Made by a program: the position numbers and the translations under genes. Below are positions 31,150 through 33,768 of a stretch of DNA of 33,768 nucleotides, in pieces. Under the pieces are notes generated by a model. That model saw only the letters and a list, made by a program, of their open reading frames with translations. It ran no database searches and was not told the origin of the DNA. The first letter of the stretch is position 1. Each line of letters begins with the position of its first letter. Source of the stretch: Cirrosporium novae-zelandiae (Eukaryota); contig JAPETS010000018.1 in assembly GCA_026023565.1 (NCBI GenBank), positions 620,001-653,768 on the forward strand. Reading direction: 5' to 3'.

Positions 31150-33028
31150 ATGGACTACGGACATTTATCAAACGAGGAAGCCTGGAGATTAGGTCAGAAG
31201 TTTTACCGCCAGAAGAATTATGAAGAAGCACTCAAGGCATTCAACGCGGCGCTGGCCTACAACAAAGGCGATTGTATTGCAATACTAGATAATCGAGCTG
31301 CCACCTATGTGAAGCTTGGCAATCTCAAATCTGCTTTACGAGATGGGCAGGAAATGATTCACAGTCAAAAAAAGAATGTCATTGTAAGCTTGTTCCTTCC
31401 ATGGCCCTTGTGAAATAGCCCACCGGTATCATTATATAAATCTAGGAAGTAACCTTTTTCTTTGGTCAAATGGACAGGGTTATCTTCGAACCGGAAAGGT
31501 CCTATTATCAATGGGAAAAAATGACATTGCTCAAGGAATCTATCAACGGGGATTGAAGAATGTTCCTCTGGAGGACCAAAATTATAAGCTACTCAAGGCC
31601 ATGCATGATAAATTGATCAAGGACACTGCACCCCCCAAAGCAATTGATCCCTTGATTATACTTCCAATGGAAATTGTTCTCATGGTTTTGGAGTACCTAC
31701 AATTTGCCGAAAAAGTGTAAGGAGCATCGTTAACTAGAAAGGATTCCCAAGCTCACAACCAAGACAGAAAATTATTGCGAGTCTCCAAGTCCTGGAATAC
31801 GGTACTAAGTTCTCTTCCCAAAATATGGACTGAGTTGGACTTTTCCGAGGCAAAACAACCCGTCTCTATTAGTGCTATACGTTCTTTTATCAGAAAATCT
31901 CAAGGTACCGTAAGCGGTGCGGTTTTATTTCGTTTGGGCAGAAATGAGAAAGAAAGCCTAAATCTTTTAGTTCGGAGATGTCACGGCCTCAAATCTCTCG
32001 AGATCCGAAGTGGCTTTCTCAGTGATACTATAACCAGCGCAGCTCCTTCTGCTAAAAGCCTAACTTCTCTAGTCATCTCAAATGTCTCGACTGTGACCTT
32101 AGATGCGGTGACTCGGATCCTAAGCTCCTGTACTGAACTAGAAGTAGCCCGATTTGGATCCATTCAAGTTTCAGGTACTTCAGCACAGTGGCCGCAAACG
32201 TTACCGAGGCTTCGCGTGCTTTCACTCCATGCGACAACAACGAGGGCTAGCTTCGCTACTCTAAATCTTGTAGGTAAAATCACTCTGTCATAGACACTGT
32301 CTTTAATACATTTGTACTAGGGCCCTCTCATACATAGCATTACTAATATCCAAGAGTTGAGCCTTGCAAAGTGGAGAATCCAAGATGATACTATACTAAC
32401 ATCCTGCTATTTCGACTCACTCAAAAACCTTCGAACCCTCATCCTCTCTATAGATAGAATTGAAAGGCTGCCTCCACTCCCGCCCTCTTTACAACATTTA
32501 AAAGTCTTTTCATCGGGCCTAGTACGTGATCTTCGTACAGTAGACGATATACCATGGTGGAAGCAACTGGTAAACCTTGAAACCGTGGCACTTTGTGGAT
32601 TTTCCATAACCATCGCAACCCTCCTCGAGCTACTAGCACCGTCTCGAGGCAAATTCCGCAGACTTTCGTTCCGAGATCTAGTAGCTCTAGATGGAAATTT
32701 CGTATCCGACCTGGGCCTCTCCGAAATTTGGGAAAACGTTGAAGAGCTAGACCTATCCGGAACCATCGTCACCGACCGCAGTATCAGCGACCTAGCTTCA
32801 TTTCTTTCGAATCATCTACGAACGATTGATCTTTCGCACACTCGCATCACGGGTGTCGCCATCAAAACTCTGCTCGACAAGTTCGAGGGGAAACTGGAAC
32901 GGCTTTGTGTCAACGGTTGCATGGCTTTGAGTGTGGATGCGGTTGAATATGCTAAGAGCAAGGGCGTTGCGGTGGAGTTTCAGTTTCCGGATAATTTAAA
33001 GAACGGGAAGAGGATTCGATTAGGCTGA
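31150..33028 (+). CDS. TPR + F-box + LRR protein (Dia2/Pof3-like SCF substrate adaptor); exons 31150-31383, 31478-31716, 31768-32269, 32321-33028; 560 aa
   Basis: TPR region (GQKFYRQKNYEEAL, LDNRAATYVKLG, |GYLRTGKVL); F-box (DPLIILPMEIVLMVLEYL..LLRVSKSW); LRRs (LKSLEI, VEELDLSGT, LRTIDLSHTRIT). Exon sum is 1683 nt. Confidence 0.88.
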
Positions 33029-33309
33029 GCTAATGATAGCATGGTGTTGGTCACCATATTATGTATACCGTTGTAGGAATTGAATCATGTTCGCCATATA
33101 ACCTAAAGACGACATACGGACAATAAAATAGATAATCATCATAGAAATTAGAATTGATATAATGGGGTGGGGGTATGAATTACTTATATAAGCCTCGGGG
33201 CTTGGGATTTGGGGATTCGGAATTACAGTACCTCTATATCAAGGTTGGGGCTCTGATAGTGTAGGTAGCGATGCGGATAGGTAGTATGTCCATATCGTAG
33301 TAATATTGA

Positions 33310-33732
33310 AATAATAGTACTCCTATATAATACAAAACTAAAAACTGGTTTTTCCTAGTTTTTTTTTTATTTTTTTATATAAATTTTTCTATTTAATATT
33401 TTTTCGGTAATCTATCGGCGTTATGTAATATTATTTCCCCGTTTTTATTCCGTTTTTAATTTTTAAACGTAACGATTTTTTCTAATATTCTATTTCTTTT
33501 TTTTTATAATAAGATTTTTTTTTAATATTTTTTTTTTTTTTTTTTATAATATAGTCTTTTTTTTTTATACGATTATTTTCAATCATTATTTTTAATTTTT
33601 TAATATTAATTTTCCGTTCCGTTAAATATAATTTTTTTTTTTTTAGATCTAATAATATTATAATATACGTAAATTCCGTTTTTTATCCGTTATTATTTTT
33701 TATCCGGCGAAATTATTATTTTTTTTATTTTT

Positions 33733-33766
<34 letters not shown>

Positions 33767-33768
33767 CC
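33310..33768. repeat. AT-rich degenerate tract, probable RIP-mutated repeat or transposon relic at the window edge
   Basis: Abrupt GC drop; TpA and poly-T rich; CpA and TpG almost absent while CpG persists; no ORF. Confidence 0.6.

Noticed and set aside
13717..33028. Two F-box genes plus a PY-motif protein as a ubiquitin-system cluster
   Set aside because: They have different architectures and are separated by housekeeping genes; F-box genes are numerous in fungi.
1..33768. tRNA, rRNA, telomeric repeat arrays or intact transposase/RT ORFs
   Set aside because: None recognised by eye; a covariance-model scan would be needed to exclude small RNAs.

Overview
This is eukaryotic DNA from a filamentous ascomycete (Pezizomycotina); the sequence alone does not fix a narrower taxon. 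It has short spliceosomal introns with CTRAY-type branch sites and microsatellite-rich intergenic DNA. I hand-built ten gene models, and each spliced length is a multiple of 3. In order: an LRA4-like 2-keto-3-deoxy-L-rhamnonate aldolase (-) head-to-head with an LRA2-like L-rhamnono-lactonase (+); an uncharacterised Arg-Ser beta-solenoid-like repeat protein ending in PPPY (+); an intronless DUF2828 (TROVE-like + vWA) protein (-); D-lactate dehydrogenase DLD1 (-) divergent from an F-box/WD40-like gene (+); esdC (-) with a long, ATG-depleted leader; RPB2 (-); the splicing factor CTNNBL1 (-) divergent from a TPR-F-box-LRR (Dia2/Pof3-like) gene (+). The window ends in an AT-rich, RIP-like tract. 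The best leads are the repeat protein, an oversized CTNNBL1 intron whose stem overlaps a cryptic donor, the motif-rich esdC leader, the partial rhamnose cluster with a GC-AG intron, and the DUF2828 gene. All family assignments come from motif recognition, not database searches.
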